A DNA stretch of 64,000 nucleotides from Ignavibacteria bacterium (GTDB taxonomy: Bacteria > Bacteroidota > Ignavibacteria > Tepidaquicellales > Tepidaquicellaceae), in assembly GCA_016929695.1 (NCBI GenBank), contig JAFGII010000001.1, forward strand, positions 10,629 to 74,628, written 5' to 3'. The notes beneath the pieces were generated by a model. That model was not told where the DNA came from, ran no database searches, and saw only the letters and a program-made list of their open reading frames with translations. Each line of letters opens with the position of its first letter. The first letter of the stretch is position 1. Shown here piece after piece: positions 40,194 to 50,419 of the stretch. Both the position numbers and the translations under genes were made by a program.

Positions 40194-41336
40194 TTACACA
40201 TACTTCTTCAGTACGGGAATCAAATCGAGTATTTCCCATGTGAAGTCGAAATCAATTCTGCCGAAATGTCCGAATGCCGCCGTTTTTCTGTAAATCGGTC
40301 TCAGCAGGTTAAGCCTTTTAATAATCCCTTTTGGTGTCAGGTCAATATTATCTTTAATTATTTTTGAAAGTTCTTTATCGGGAATAACACTGGTGCCGTT
40401 TGTATTTATAAAAATCGAGACCGGTTCGGCAACTCCGATTGCATAGGAAAGTTGAATTGTACATTCCTTTGCGAGTTTTGCTCCGACTATGTTTTTTGCA
40501 AGATGCCTTGCCGCATAAGCAGCACTGCGGTCAACCTTGGACGGGTCTTTCCCTGAAAATGCACCACCTCCGTGCGGTGCCTTGCCGCCGTAAGTGTCAA
40601 CTATAATTTTCCTGCCCGTCAGTCCTGTATCGCCGTGCGGTCCACCGATTTCAAATCGACCTGTTGGGTTAACGAAGAATTTTGTTTTCCTGTCGAGTAA
40701 ACGAGATGGAATTGATTTGCGTATGACTTTTTCCATTACATCATCGCGAATCGTCTTCTGCGAAACGTCACCGTCGTGTTGTGTAGATACTACTACTGTA
40801 TCAATACGTTTTATTCTGTTGTTGTCATCATATTCAACCGTAACCTGTGACTTAGAATCAGGTCTTAAATACGGCATTAATCCGTTATGATTGTTTCTTA
40901 TGTCAGATAAACGCTTTACGAGTCTGTGTGCCACCATTATAGCCAGCGGCATAAGTTCGGGCGTTTCGTTGACTGCATATCCGAACATCATTCCCTGGTC
41001 ACCTGCACCACCTTTGTCAACGCCCATCGCTATATCGCCAGATTGCTTGTTAATTGCAGATAATACGTTAATAGAATTCGAATCAAATCTGTATTCGCCT
41101 TTCGTGTAACCGATTTCGCTTACCACTCTGCGGACGAGTTTCGGTACGTCAACGTAGTGTTTCGTGGTGATTTCTCCGCCTACGAGTACGAGACCCGTTG
41201 CGCAGAATGTTTCACATGCTACGCGTGCGTTCTTATCTTTTGTCAGAATGTCATCCAGCACTGCATCTGAAATCTGGTCGCATACTTTGTCAGGATGTCC
41301 CTCGCTTACAGATTCTGATGTGAAAAAATATGACAT
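40194..41336 (-). CDS. metK: S-adenosylmethionine synthase
   Basis: 380-aa [31 protein letters not shown] and DRSAAY motifs. Confidence 0.95.
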   Translation of the reverse strand: MSYFFTSESVSEGHPDKVCDQISDAVLDDILTKDKNARVACETFCATGLVLVGGEITTKHYVDVPKLVRRVVSEIGYTKGEYRFDSNSINVLSAINKQSGDIAMGVDKGGAGDQGMMFGYAVNETPELMPLAIMVAHRLVKRLSDIRNNHNGLMPYLRPDSKSQVTVEYDDNNRIKRIDTVVVSTQHDGDVSQKTIRDDVMEKVIRKSIPSRLLDRKTKFFVNPTGRFEIGGPHGDTGLTGRKIIVDTYGGKAPHGGGAFSGKDPSKVDRSAAYAARHLAKNIVGAKLAKECTIQLSYAIGVAEPVSIFINTNGTSVIPDKELSKIIKDNIDLTPKGIIKRLNLLRPIYRKTAAFGHFGRIDFDFTWEILDLIPVLKKYV

Positions 41337-41351
41337 TGTATCTCCTTTAAA

Positions 41352-43367
41352 TTATTTATTAATATTTTCAATTAAAATCTCTGATATGTCTTTGACTTTT
41401 ATTTCTTCTGTTTTTTCCAATGCCTTGATTCCGTCGCTTAACATCGTCATGCAGAACGGACACGCAGATGCAACGACAGTTGCACCTGTTCTGATTACCT
41501 CTTCCGTTCTCTCGATGTTAACACGCTTGCCTTCAGTTTCTTCCATAAACATCCTCCCTCCGCCCGCTCCGCAGCAGAAACCACTGTCCTTCGAGCGTCT
41601 CATTTCTGTCGGTTTGTTTCCTGAAACTTTCTTCAGTATGTTTCTCGGTTCTTCGTAAATCCCGTTGTATCTGCCGAGATAGCAGGAATCGTGATATGTG
41701 ATTTTTTCTTTGGTTCTGCCGCTTGTTTTTATTCTGCCGTCTACGATGAGTTTATTTATGAATTCTGTGTGATGAACCACTTCGAGTGCGATTCCAAATT
41801 TCACATATTCGTTTTTCAGGGAATGAAAGCAGTGCGGACACATTGTTACAAGTTTCTTGATATTATACTTTTTGAATGTTTCGATGTTCTGTGTGATGAA
41901 CTGCTGTGCAAGGAATTCGTTCCCGAGCCGTCTTGCAGTATCGCCGTTGCATTTTTCTTCGCTTCCGAGCACTCCGAATTTCATTTTTGCCTTGTTCATT
42001 AATTTCGCAAATGATTTAGTTACGTTTTTGTATCGTGCGTCAAATGCACCCGCACAACCTACCCAGAAAACTATGTCAACTTCGTCCGCAGTGCCGAAGT
42101 TTGATAATTTCTTCAGGAAAATCTCTTCATTTGTTTTTGACATTTCATCAGTGAATTCCTCTATCCATTCGTTTCTCTGCTCGGGACTGAATGCCCATGG
42201 AGATTCGTTGTTCTCGAGATTCCTGAATACCGTGTTGAGTTCCTGCGGAAAAGCCGACTCCATCATTGCAAGATTTCTTCTTAAATCTATTATTGATGTA
42301 AGGTGGTCAATCATCACCGGACATTCTTCAACACACGCTCCGCAGGTCGTGCAAGCCCAGAGTTCTTCCTGTGTGATGTAATCGTGAACGAGAGTTTTTT
42401 CGAGCAGGGGATTCGCTTCTGTTTTTTTCACTACGAGCGGACCTTTTTCTTCCGTCCTTTTTCTGATTTTTGTAATAATCTTTTTCGGATTTAAAACTTT
42501 TCCCGTCGAATTTGCCGGACATACCTCGGTACACCTTCCGCATTCCGTGCAGGTGAATCCGTCGAGAAGTTGCTTCCACGATAAATCTTCTATGTCCTTT
42601 GCACCGTACTGCTCAATTGTTTCGTCTTCAAAGTTAATCGCTTGAAGCGTATTCTTCGTTCCAATTTTGTGGTTTGAAAGGAATGTGTTCGGAACAGATG
42701 ATAATACGTGGAAATGTTTTGAATACGGTAAATAATTTAGAAATCCGAGAACGACGATATTATGTGCCCACCAGAAAACTCCGTATAATGTTTCTGAACC
42801 GTTATCAAAAAAAGAAGCGAGGAATTGCGATACAGGTCTGTATCCTTCCGATTTTTCGAATAATATTTTTTCTGTGCTTGCTCCGAACATTGTTATCATC
42901 ACGAACATAATCATCAATAATATTACGGTTGCATCCGTTCTCGAAGATTTTTCAACCTGCAATCGCTTGGGAGTTCCGATATACCTTCTGAATAATGAAA
43001 ACACGACCGCAAAGAACACCATTGCCCCGAATATATCCTGCGTGAAAGTAATTACCGAATAAAACCCGCCGAGAAATGAAAATGAAAAATCAGTGAAGAA
43101 TCCTTCAACAAATCCTTCGATAACGACGATTAAAAGGAAAAGAAATCCGCCGAATATTACAACGTGCAGAAATCCCGCAAACCTTTGCCTCATAATCTTA
43201 GACTGAAATATCGCGATCGAAAGAGTGTTCCTGATTCTTTGAGGAATGTTATATAAACGATTTTCAGGTTTACCAAGTTTAATGTATTTTATAAATTTCT
43301 CTGCAGAGTAAATAAACAGCCCAATAGCTCCGAAAAATATAAACGCAAATATAATTGTATTAATCAT
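41352..43367 (-). CDS. Membrane-anchored Fe-S oxidoreductase (HdrD/GlcF-like; EtfD-like architecture)
   Basis: 671-aa ORF. About 5-6 N-terminal TM segments, two CxxCxxCxxxCP motifs (CTECGRCTEVCP, CTTCGACVEECP) and Cys-rich CCG-type segments (MCPHCFHS, GFCCGAGGG, ACPFCMTM). Confidence 0.8.
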   Translation of the reverse strand: MINTIIFAFIFFGAIGLFIYSAEKFIKYIKLGKPENRLYNIPQRIRNTLSIAIFQSKIMRQRFAGFLHVVIFGGFLFLLIVVIEGFVEGFFTDFSFSFLGGFYSVITFTQDIFGAMVFFAVVFSLFRRYIGTPKRLQVEKSSRTDATVILLMIMFVMITMFGASTEKILFEKSEGYRPVSQFLASFFDNGSETLYGVFWWAHNIVVLGFLNYLPYSKHFHVLSSVPNTFLSNHKIGTKNTLQAINFEDETIEQYGAKDIEDLSWKQLLDGFTCTECGRCTEVCPANSTGKVLNPKKIITKIRKRTEEKGPLVVKKTEANPLLEKTLVHDYITQEELWACTTCGACVEECPVMIDHLTSIIDLRRNLAMMESAFPQELNTVFRNLENNESPWAFSPEQRNEWIEEFTDEMSKTNEEIFLKKLSNFGTADEVDIVFWVGCAGAFDARYKNVTKSFAKLMNKAKMKFGVLGSEEKCNGDTARRLGNEFLAQQFITQNIETFKKYNIKKLVTMCPHCFHSLKNEYVKFGIALEVVHHTEFINKLIVDGRIKTSGRTKEKITYHDSCYLGRYNGIYEEPRNILKKVSGNKPTEMRRSKDSGFCCGAGGGRMFMEETEGKRVNIERTEEVIRTGATVVASACPFCMTMLSDGIKALEKTEEIKVKDISEILIENINK

Positions 43368-43431
43368 TAAAATTTTAATGCCAAAATTAAATATTTATCA
43401 CCTGAAATAAAAGGAAAAGAAAATCACAGGT

Positions 43432-44907
43432 CTAATCTTTTATGAATACTTTTACCTTTAAATCTTCCCAGGTGTTCTGCTCGCTTATAAAATACTTTAT
43501 TGCTTTATTGAGTCTTTCGCATTTCCCGTATAGTATATTATACATCGGATAATCTGTATCATGGTCTATTAAAACATTAACAGAATCGATGAGTTTAATA
43601 TTAGGTAAAGACTCAATGAATCTCAGCGGAATCATTTCTTCGGTAAAAGGAGACGATTCCAGATATTTCTCCCATACAATTATTGCTTTCTCATTTTCCA
43701 GAATATTTGACTTTTTCATAGTTTGGAAATAAGTCTTTCCCGTGGCAGGTTCATTCATCGCTGTTGCTACCTGATGCATTGCACTTATAACAATATAATC
43801 GGGATATTGTTCTTCATGTAACTTTGCTATCTTCTCTGCAAATTTTTCAATTTCATATTTTTTATGATATGGTGTGGTAAAAGGTCCTGTTATGAACATT
43901 AAAAAGAAAATAAGAATAGTAACTGCTGTCAGCAGTTTTTTTTTATTCTCAATTTTTTTAAATAAAAATTCAGAACCGAGCACTGATATTAGCCCTAACG
44001 CAGGACCTGCAGGTACAACGTAACGGAGCTGTCCAATGCTGCAGCTTAAGTTCAGTTCGTCAAGAGCGAAAAGTGTGTTGATTATTATTCCGCCGAATAC
44101 AAATATTAAAGGAATATAATAATCTTTGATCTGTCTTCTCCTTGTTATCAGCCATAAAGCAAGAATAAATCCCAACGTCTGTAATATTCCGAAAATCTTT
44201 GGACTCTTTTCAAAGTAATGATACCATTGAACACCTTCTGAAATTCTTGGCAGTCTGCTGTGCAATCCCATATTATAAAAAAACATATTCAAATCACCTG
44301 TAAATATAAATGACATAATAAACCAGAATAAAGGTGCAATTATTATCCACGGTAATACAAAGTATTTTTTTCTGAAAAAATAAATTATGAAATATATCCC
44401 GGCAATAAAATATAACTCCGTTCTGAAAAGAAATATGGAAGAAGCGGTGATTATTGTTGCGTAAGGTTTGTCCTTTAAAAAGAAATAGTAACTTAGTATA
44501 AATAAAAATCCTGCCGGAAGTTCTGCGAGTACTGTATAAGATACATTGAATAATAAAGGCTGAAATGCAATTGAGGGAATAACCCATTCTGCATATTTCA
44601 CTCCTTTGATTTTCAGAATTTTGTATGATATTAAATATGTAAGTGTAAATATCGCGGAGGAAGTAATTTGAGCACCCTTTAAACCTAATTGTGAAGGAAG
44701 GAAAAACAGCAGAACTCTCCCCAACCTGTGCCAGAAACTTACGCTGTATTCAAGCGTAGATAAAAAATGAACATTGTAATTGTAATGACAACTGTCATCT
44801 ATAAAGTAAAATCCGTCGGAATTAATTATCCATATTGCCTGAACCAGGAGGGTTGTAAATAGAAATGCATAAAATCTTATCTGTGAATTGGATTTGGGAG
44901 TTGTCAT
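43432..44907 (-). CDS. Polytopic membrane protein, possibly a GT-C-fold glycosyltransferase
   Basis: 491-aa ORF with more than 10 TM segments, an acidic first-loop motif (FYFIDDS) and a soluble C-terminal domain. The assignment is tentative. Confidence 0.4.
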   Translation of the reverse strand: MTTPKSNSQIRFYAFLFTTLLVQAIWIINSDGFYFIDDSCHYNYNVHFLSTLEYSVSFWHRLGRVLLFFLPSQLGLKGAQITSSAIFTLTYLISYKILKIKGVKYAEWVIPSIAFQPLLFNVSYTVLAELPAGFLFILSYYFFLKDKPYATIITASSIFLFRTELYFIAGIYFIIYFFRKKYFVLPWIIIAPLFWFIMSFIFTGDLNMFFYNMGLHSRLPRISEGVQWYHYFEKSPKIFGILQTLGFILALWLITRRRQIKDYYIPLIFVFGGIIINTLFALDELNLSCSIGQLRYVVPAGPALGLISVLGSEFLFKKIENKKKLLTAVTILIFFLMFITGPFTTPYHKKYEIEKFAEKIAKLHEEQYPDYIVISAMHQVATAMNEPATGKTYFQTMKKSNILENEKAIIVWEKYLESSPFTEEMIPLRFIESLPNIKLIDSVNVLIDHDTDYPMYNILYGKCERLNKAIKYFISEQNTWEDLKVKVFIKD

Positions 44908-45323
44908 TTACCCATTATTTGAATTACTATTCTTCTGTTTCGAGGTCTGTTGTCGAAGTCTATGAATACAACCTGCTGCCACGTGCCGAGAGTCAATTCG
45001 GAATTAATTACCGGGATGGAAAAAGATGTTTTAATCAATGCCGAACGCAGATGAGAATGGCCGTTTCCGTCTCCCCACGTAGCATCGTGATGATATTTTT
45101 TTCCCTGCGGAATAATCTGATTTAAAAATTCCGGCAGGTCTTTAATTAATCCTCTTTCATATTCAAGTGTCGTGATTCCGCCCGTTGAACCGATGCAGAA
45201 AACTGTGCATAATCCGTTTTCAATGCCCGATTTTTTAAGTATTTCCTGAATGTCATCGGTAATATTTATAATCTCCGTATTACCGTGTGTCTTTTTGTTA
45301 ATTATTTCGGATACAATCTTCAT
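44904..45323 (-). CDS. YjbQ/UPF0047 family protein (secondary thiamine-phosphate synthase-like)
   Basis: 139-aa ORF. HSHLRSALI and LTLGTWQQVVFIDFD motifs typical of the YjbQ family. Confidence 0.8.
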   Translation of the reverse strand: MKIVSEIINKKTHGNTEIINITDDIQEILKKSGIENGLCTVFCIGSTGGITTLEYERGLIKDLPEFLNQIIPQGKKYHHDATWGDGNGHSHLRSALIKTSFSIPVINSELTLGTWQQVVFIDFDNRPRNRRIVIQIMGK

Positions 45324-45326
45324 TGA

Positions 45327-46178
45327 TTATAATTTTATGTTTATTAATTCATTCTTTTCTTTTATGTAATAAAGATATTCGTCTTTGGTGAAAAAATTAT
45401 CGGGAACCTTGTAAGATGTACTTTCATTTAGGATATCTTTATATAAAATTAGTCCGCTCTTGTCATAAATACAGATAATGTTTGAAAAATTTTTTTTGTT
45501 AATATTATTTAAATCATGACTTTTATCCCTGTAATAATTAAAAATAACTTTATCATCACGCTCAATAAATTCCGGATTACTGGCGGATGTGTTTTTTATT
45601 TCTATATTTAAAACATCTTTAACGGAATTACTCGAATTATTGCTGAAAGATACAGGATAGTCGTTTATTTCATTGTATTTCTCCGAAATTATTTTTTCAC
45701 GCAATTTGTAAAAATGTCCGTACATATTTTCAGTGTGCTTTTTTATTACTTCGCCTGTTACTGCATTAAGTTCGTATATTTCAGCCGATTCAAAGTTTTG
45801 TTTATATGCAATCACCATATCTTCCGTGTTGTAAAAAAATTCCAGTTCTGTGTTTTCCCATATTTTATTTCCGCTTTTAAGGTCAACCGCTATGATGCTA
45901 CTGTGATTCGGCATGCCCGGCTGCTCGAATCTACTTAGAAAAAAATATTTCGAAGAAGCATCCTCAAGCGTTATCCAGAAATTATCCTTCTCGGGGACAT
46001 AATTTTTCAATAGACTTTTACCGGTTTTAACGTCAACAGAAAAAAAATAAGATTCCTTTTTGACGGTATTTCTCGTTTCACCGCAGATTATTTCATTTCC
46101 GGCAAAAATAATCTTCCAGAGATTTCCTTTCTGAGAGAACTTCCAGTTTATTTTATATTTTTTTTTATTTTTGTGCAA
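45327..46178 (-). CDS. Hypothetical protein (possibly a DUF4905-like beta-propeller)
   Basis: 283-aa ORF whose annotated start overlaps the coaX end by 31 nt. WKF...GNLWKIIF and repeated TGK/SGN..W turns. No firm family. Confidence 0.45.
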   Translation of the reverse strand: MHKNKKKYKINWKFSQKGNLWKIIFAGNEIICGETRNTVKKESYFFSVDVKTGKSLLKNYVPEKDNFWITLEDASSKYFFLSRFEQPGMPNHSSIIAVDLKSGNKIWENTELEFFYNTEDMVIAYKQNFESAEIYELNAVTGEVIKKHTENMYGHFYKLREKIISEKYNEINDYPVSFSNNSSNSVKDVLNIEIKNTSASNPEFIERDDKVIFNYYRDKSHDLNNINKKNFSNIICIYDKSGLILYKDILNESTSYKVPDNFFTKDEYLYYIKEKNELINIKL

Positions 46179-46927
46179 TTTTTATTGTGTTCTAAAATCA
46201 TAACAATACCTTCAAGAACAAGATGTTTCTCAAAATAATTAATTCCTTTAATCAGATTTTTTATACTGTCGCTAATTCCTCCGGTTGCAATTACGGTTAA
46301 ATTATTATATTTGTTCTTCAGCGTTTTTATAATTCCTTCTGTGGTATATTTAACTCCCAGAAAAACTCCGGAAGAAATCGCCGAACTTGTATCCCGCGAA
46401 ATCAATTTATAAATTCCGGTTTTTTCAGGGTAGGGAAGTGCAGTGTTAGTTATTAATGAATTTAATGCGGTTTTAATGCCCGGTGATATTATGCCGCCTT
46501 TGTAAGTACTTTTCGATATAATGTTGTATGTTGTCGCTGTACCGAAATCTATTACCAGTATGTTTTTTCCGGTGAATCTGCTGTCTGCTGCAACGGCTGA
46601 ACAAATCCTGTCGCTGCCGAGTGTTCTGCTGTATTTAATTTTTATTGGAAGATTTATTTCAGGGGAAATAAATAAAGGTTCGGTAACTGAATAATTCTTG
46701 ATTATCCTTCGGCAATCCTTTCTCAGTTTGAAATCTACTAATGAAACTCCCGCAGATTCGAATTCCCTGACTTTGTTTTTTACTGTAAAAGATTTAAGAA
46801 ATATTTCTAAATCCTTACTGAATTTTTCTTTACCGTAAAAATTTACTTTAACGGAATTTTTTATCAGTCTGGTCTTCGCAATTCCTGCCTTTATTGTTGA
46901 ATTTCCTATGTCAATTACAAGATTCAT
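46148..46927 (-). CDS. coaX: Type III pantothenate kinase
   Basis: 259-aa ORF. N-terminal LVIDIGNSTIK, DFGTATT and ATGG motifs of the CoaX/ASKHA fold. Confidence 0.85.
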   Translation of the reverse strand: MNLVIDIGNSTIKAGIAKTRLIKNSVKVNFYGKEKFSKDLEIFLKSFTVKNKVREFESAGVSLVDFKLRKDCRRIIKNYSVTEPLFISPEINLPIKIKYSRTLGSDRICSAVAADSRFTGKNILVIDFGTATTYNIISKSTYKGGIISPGIKTALNSLITNTALPYPEKTGIYKLISRDTSSAISSGVFLGVKYTTEGIIKTLKNKYNNLTVIATGGISDSIKNLIKGINYFEKHLVLEGIVMILEHNKNCTKIKKNIK

Positions 46928-46945
46928 TTTATTCGTAAAAATAGT

Positions 46946-46981
46946 AATAAAAAAAAAAGCGTAAAAGTCATACTTTTACGC
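46946..46981 (-). terminator. Rho-independent terminator
   Basis: Minus strand reads agcgtaaaagt-atga-cttttacgct followed by about 10 T. Lies downstream of the OM protein gene that ends at 47005. Confidence 0.65.
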
Positions 46982-47004
46982 TTTCATTTTCCTTAAAAAA
47001 TATT

Positions 47005-47574
47005 TTATAAAATAAATTTAATACCGCCCGTCAAAGTATAACTCTCGATATTTCCTTCTTTCTTGCTGTTGCTTATGATAACTTTATATTTCCCGTCAAC
47101 GAATACGACTGCATTTTCAATTAATCCGGGGAAATCCATTCCCGCACCTATATCAAGCCCTATTTTTGTAAAACTTTCATTAATACTCGGTTCTTTATTG
47201 TCATAGAAATTGAACCCGATACCTCCGTCAATGTATGGATTAACATTGGACATGGTAAAAGTATATCTTGCGAGTGCTGCCATCTGGAAATTTGACCTGT
47301 TATCTACTTTCCAGTAATTTGCGATAGGGACAAATGAAAATTTGTCGAATTTTAATTCAGAAAACATTGAAACGGCAATTCCTGAATTGCTACTGACAAA
47401 TGCAAATCCTAAACCTGTGCCTAGAAAAAATTTTGCATCAGAGGATTTTGATGTTGAATTTAATGTTAAATCCTGTTTTAAATTTATTCTGTCGTTTCTT
47501 AAATACTGTGAATAAGAATCTGAAAATAATAAAAATACTGCAGCTAAGATTAATAAGATTGCTTTTGATTTCAT
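47005..47574 (-). CDS. Small outer-membrane beta-barrel protein
   Basis: 189-aa ORF with a signal peptide, alternating hydrophobic strands and C-terminal GGIKFIL. Confidence 0.5.
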   Translation of the reverse strand: MKSKAILLILAAVFLLFSDSYSQYLRNDRINLKQDLTLNSTSKSSDAKFFLGTGLGFAFVSSNSGIAVSMFSELKFDKFSFVPIANYWKVDNRSNFQMAALARYTFTMSNVNPYIDGGIGFNFYDNKEPSINESFTKIGLDIGAGMDFPGLIENAVVFVDGKYKVIISNSKKEGNIESYTLTGGIKFIL

Positions 47575-47590
47575 TTGGATTTGTTTATTT

Positions 47591-48220
47591 TCAATTGAAA
47601 TTGTAATTTTCTAATTTTTTTATTTCATCTCTGAGTGAAGCGGCTGTTTCGTAATCCTCTTTGGAAACTGCATCATCGAGGTCTTTCTTCAGTCTTAAAA
47701 GTTTTTTCTCTCTCTTTTGCTTGGGATCTTCACCGACAGGTTCTTTTTCTTCTGATTGCTGCTTATCAGGTTGTGAATTTTGTTCCGATGCTTCTTCTTT
47801 TTCCGGAATAAACCCTATTTCGTCAAGAATATAAGAAGCAACATATATGGGTGATGATGATTTAAGTGCAAGTGCAATTGCATCCGACGGTCGCGCATCT
47901 ATTTCATCAACCGAATCGGAATCAAGTTTTATTTTAGCGAAAAATGTTGAATCTCGAAGTTCATTTATGACAATGTAATCCACACTGTATCCGAATATTT
48001 CAATTACATTTTTGAGTAAATCATGCGTTAGGGGTCGTGGAGGAACGATACCTTCAAGTTGCAGTGCAATTGCCTGGGCTTCAAACTGTCCGATGATTAT
48101 AGGTAACCTTCTGTCGCCGTCAATCTCTTTGAGAATAATGGCATATCCGCCCCCGCTCAAAGAAGAAGATAATGATAAACCGAAAATTTCTACCTGTATA
48201 TTATCTTTAAATTCATTCAT
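47591..48220 (-). CDS. Bifunctional nuclease (DUF151/BFN) with C-terminal UVR motif
   Basis: 209-aa ORF. LPIIIGQFEAQAI and ARPSDAIALAL motifs, then an acidic linker and UVR-like EDYETAASLRDEIKKLE. Confidence 0.7.
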   Translation of the reverse strand: MNEFKDNIQVEIFGLSLSSSLSGGGYAIILKEIDGDRRLPIIIGQFEAQAIALQLEGIVPPRPLTHDLLKNVIEIFGYSVDYIVINELRDSTFFAKIKLDSDSVDEIDARPSDAIALALKSSSPIYVASYILDEIGFIPEKEEASEQNSQPDKQQSEEKEPVGEDPKQKREKKLLRLKKDLDDAVSKEDYETAASLRDEIKKLENYNFN

Positions 48221-48325
48221 TTATATTCATCCTTTATTACTTATACACTTTATGGATATTTAAAGTTTCACTTCAAATTTATTGATAAATTACACGAAAT
48301 TAAGAAAATTTAAAAGGTAAATAAT

Positions 48326-49327
48326 TTATGTTATTTTCTTAAATTCTTCAGTTAAAACCGGTAATATTTCAAATACATCGCCTACTATTCCGTAATCGGC
48401 AATATTAAATATGGGGGCGTCTTTATCTTTGTTTATTGCTACTATGCATTTTGAAGAAGACATTCCTGCTAAATGTTGAATCGCCCCGCTTATGCCGCAG
48501 GCAATATATAATTCCGGTGATACTGTTTTGCCGGTCTGTCCTACCTGCTCTGAATGAGGTCGCCATCCTGCATCTACTACTGCTCTCGAGGCACCTGTCG
48601 CTGCTCCGATTGTATTTGCAAGTTCCTCTATTAAATTAAAATTCTCGGGTCCTCTTAGTCCTCTTCCGCCTGATACGATTCTGTCAGCTTCTGCAACGTC
48701 AAGTTTGCCGGATGCAATGCTGATTTCTTTGATAACAGTCGTGAAATCTGCCTTGGATATGCCGAGTTCCCCGATGTTGACTTTGTTTATTAATGCATTA
48801 TTGAATTCGGACTTTTCAGGTTTAAATACATTCGGTCTTAGTGTAAGAATGAATTTATCGCCCGGTATTCTGACATAAACATTGCTCTTTCCTGCATAAA
48901 CAGGTCTTTTTAATATTATATTTTCAGAATCCTGCTCTATTCCGGTACAGTCTGTAACCAGAGCGGAATTTGTTTTGATAGCAAGTTTAGGAGCAATTTC
49001 TTTCCCGAATGAAGTACCGGATAAGAGAATTATATTGTATCCCTTTCTGTTGGCAAAATTTGAAATTGCGGAGGAGATTGCGGAATATGAATATGCAATC
49101 GGTTCACCGTAAATGTCATTTAGTTCATCAAGTTTAATCTGAAATATATTTTCGGCTCCGTAACTGCCTAAATGCTTCAGTTCGTCTTCAGCGGTATTGC
49201 TGATAACGAGATATGATATTTCTGCTTTTAATATTTCCGCAAGTTTCCTGCCTTCTGATGTAACTTCAAAAGCGGAATTTTTAAACTTGTTATCTTTTGA
49301 TTCTGTATATACTAATATTTTGTTCAT
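48326..49327 (-). CDS. etfA: Electron transfer flavoprotein alpha subunit
   Basis: 333-aa ORF. FAD-binding C-terminal region (IVSGGRGL, QVGQTGKTVSPELYIACGISGAIQHLAGM). Confidence 0.9.
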   Translation of the reverse strand: MNKILVYTESKDNKFKNSAFEVTSEGRKLAEILKAEISYLVISNTAEDELKHLGSYGAENIFQIKLDELNDIYGEPIAYSYSAISSAISNFANRKGYNIILLSGTSFGKEIAPKLAIKTNSALVTDCTGIEQDSENIILKRPVYAGKSNVYVRIPGDKFILTLRPNVFKPEKSEFNNALINKVNIGELGISKADFTTVIKEISIASGKLDVAEADRIVSGGRGLRGPENFNLIEELANTIGAATGASRAVVDAGWRPHSEQVGQTGKTVSPELYIACGISGAIQHLAGMSSSKCIVAINKDKDAPIFNIADYGIVGDVFEILPVLTEEFKKIT

Positions 49328-49350
49328 ATTCGTTTGTTTATAGTTTTAAA

Positions 49351-50100
49351 TTAAATTACTTTTGCTTCGTTTCTTAATAGATTAACCAATTCTGGAACGC
49401 TTTTAACTCCCTCGGTCAATATTTTCCCTTTTCCTTTGGATTCGGGAAGTTTCATTTCCGTTACATTTGTAGCATTTCCTGAATATGTTGCTTTTTTCTC
49501 ATCTATCGGCTTGGATTTTGATGCCATAATACTTTTTAAATTCGGATATCTCGGAGTATTCAGACCTTTCTGTGTTCCTATGACAGCCGGTATTGAAGTT
49601 GTAATTACCTCTTTCCCGCCTTCGATTTCGCGTTCGAGTGTAAGCAAGTTGTCTCCATACTCAATTTTTGTTACTACGTTTACGGACGGAATGCCGAGTA
49701 ATTCGCCGACCATTCCTGGGACGGTCAGACCGTCAAAATCAATTGACTGCTTGCCGAAAAATATTATATCGGGATTTATTTCTTTTATCGCTTCTGCAAG
49801 ATTTTTTGCCACAGTATAGGAATCGTAATTATCTGATTCCGTCTGAATTAAAATTCCTTTGTCAATTCCCATCTGGAATGCCTTTTTTATTGCTTCTTTG
49901 TGCTTTTGTGTGCCGAATGATATTGCGTAGGTTTCAGCACCTTTCTTTTCCTTGAGTTGAACTGATTCCTCAACTGCATATTCGTCATATGGATTGATGA
50001 TAAATGTAACTCCGCTTTCGTCAATGGATTTGCCGTCATCTGAAATTTTTATCTTTGTTGTACTGTCGGGAACTAAAGAAACACATACGACTATTTTCAT
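49351..50100 (-). CDS. etfB: Electron transfer flavoprotein beta subunit
   Basis: 249-aa ORF. MKIVVCVSLVPD start, INPYDEYAVEE and IIFFGKQSID motifs. Immediately upstream of etfA. Confidence 0.9.
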   Translation of the reverse strand: MKIVVCVSLVPDSTTKIKISDDGKSIDESGVTFIINPYDEYAVEESVQLKEKKGAETYAISFGTQKHKEAIKKAFQMGIDKGILIQTESDNYDSYTVAKNLAEAIKEINPDIIFFGKQSIDFDGLTVPGMVGELLGIPSVNVVTKIEYGDNLLTLEREIEGGKEVITTSIPAVIGTQKGLNTPRYPNLKSIMASKSKPIDEKKATYSGNATNVTEMKLPESKGKGKILTEGVKSVPELVNLLRNEAKVI

Positions 50101-50225
50101 AATTCTGTGATTTAATTTTGAATAAAATATCTTATAAAAATTATAATTACAATGTTTTCAGACAATTAAATGTCATTTATTTGAACATTGAATTAGTTTT
50201 AAAAATTTCATATTTTAATACATAT

Positions 50226-50298
<73 letters not shown>

Positions 50299-50309
50299 CG
50301 AGGTTTATA

Positions 50310-50357
50310 AGCCTGAAACACTGTTAAATTAAGAGTTTCGGGCTTTTTTGTTTTTTT
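50310..50357 (+). terminator. Rho-independent terminator after the tRNA
   Basis: agcctgaaac-(15 nt)-gtttcgggct followed by ttttttgttttttt. Confidence 0.7.
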
Positions 50358-50419
50358 AGGAGGAGTTTAATTCTGTTGTTACTGCGACCGTGTTTCTTTT
50401 GATGTTTTATTTTCTTCAA

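Noticed and set aside
41337-41351. SAM riboswitch upstream of metK
   Set aside because: Only 15 nt separate metK from the preceding gene, which leaves no room for a SAM-I, SAM-II or similar aptamer.
41164-41658. 164-aa plus-strand ORF spanning the metK start and the Fe-S oxidoreductase end
   Set aside because: It is antisense to two well-supported genes, Ser/Pro/Thr-rich, and has no motif. Shadow ORF.
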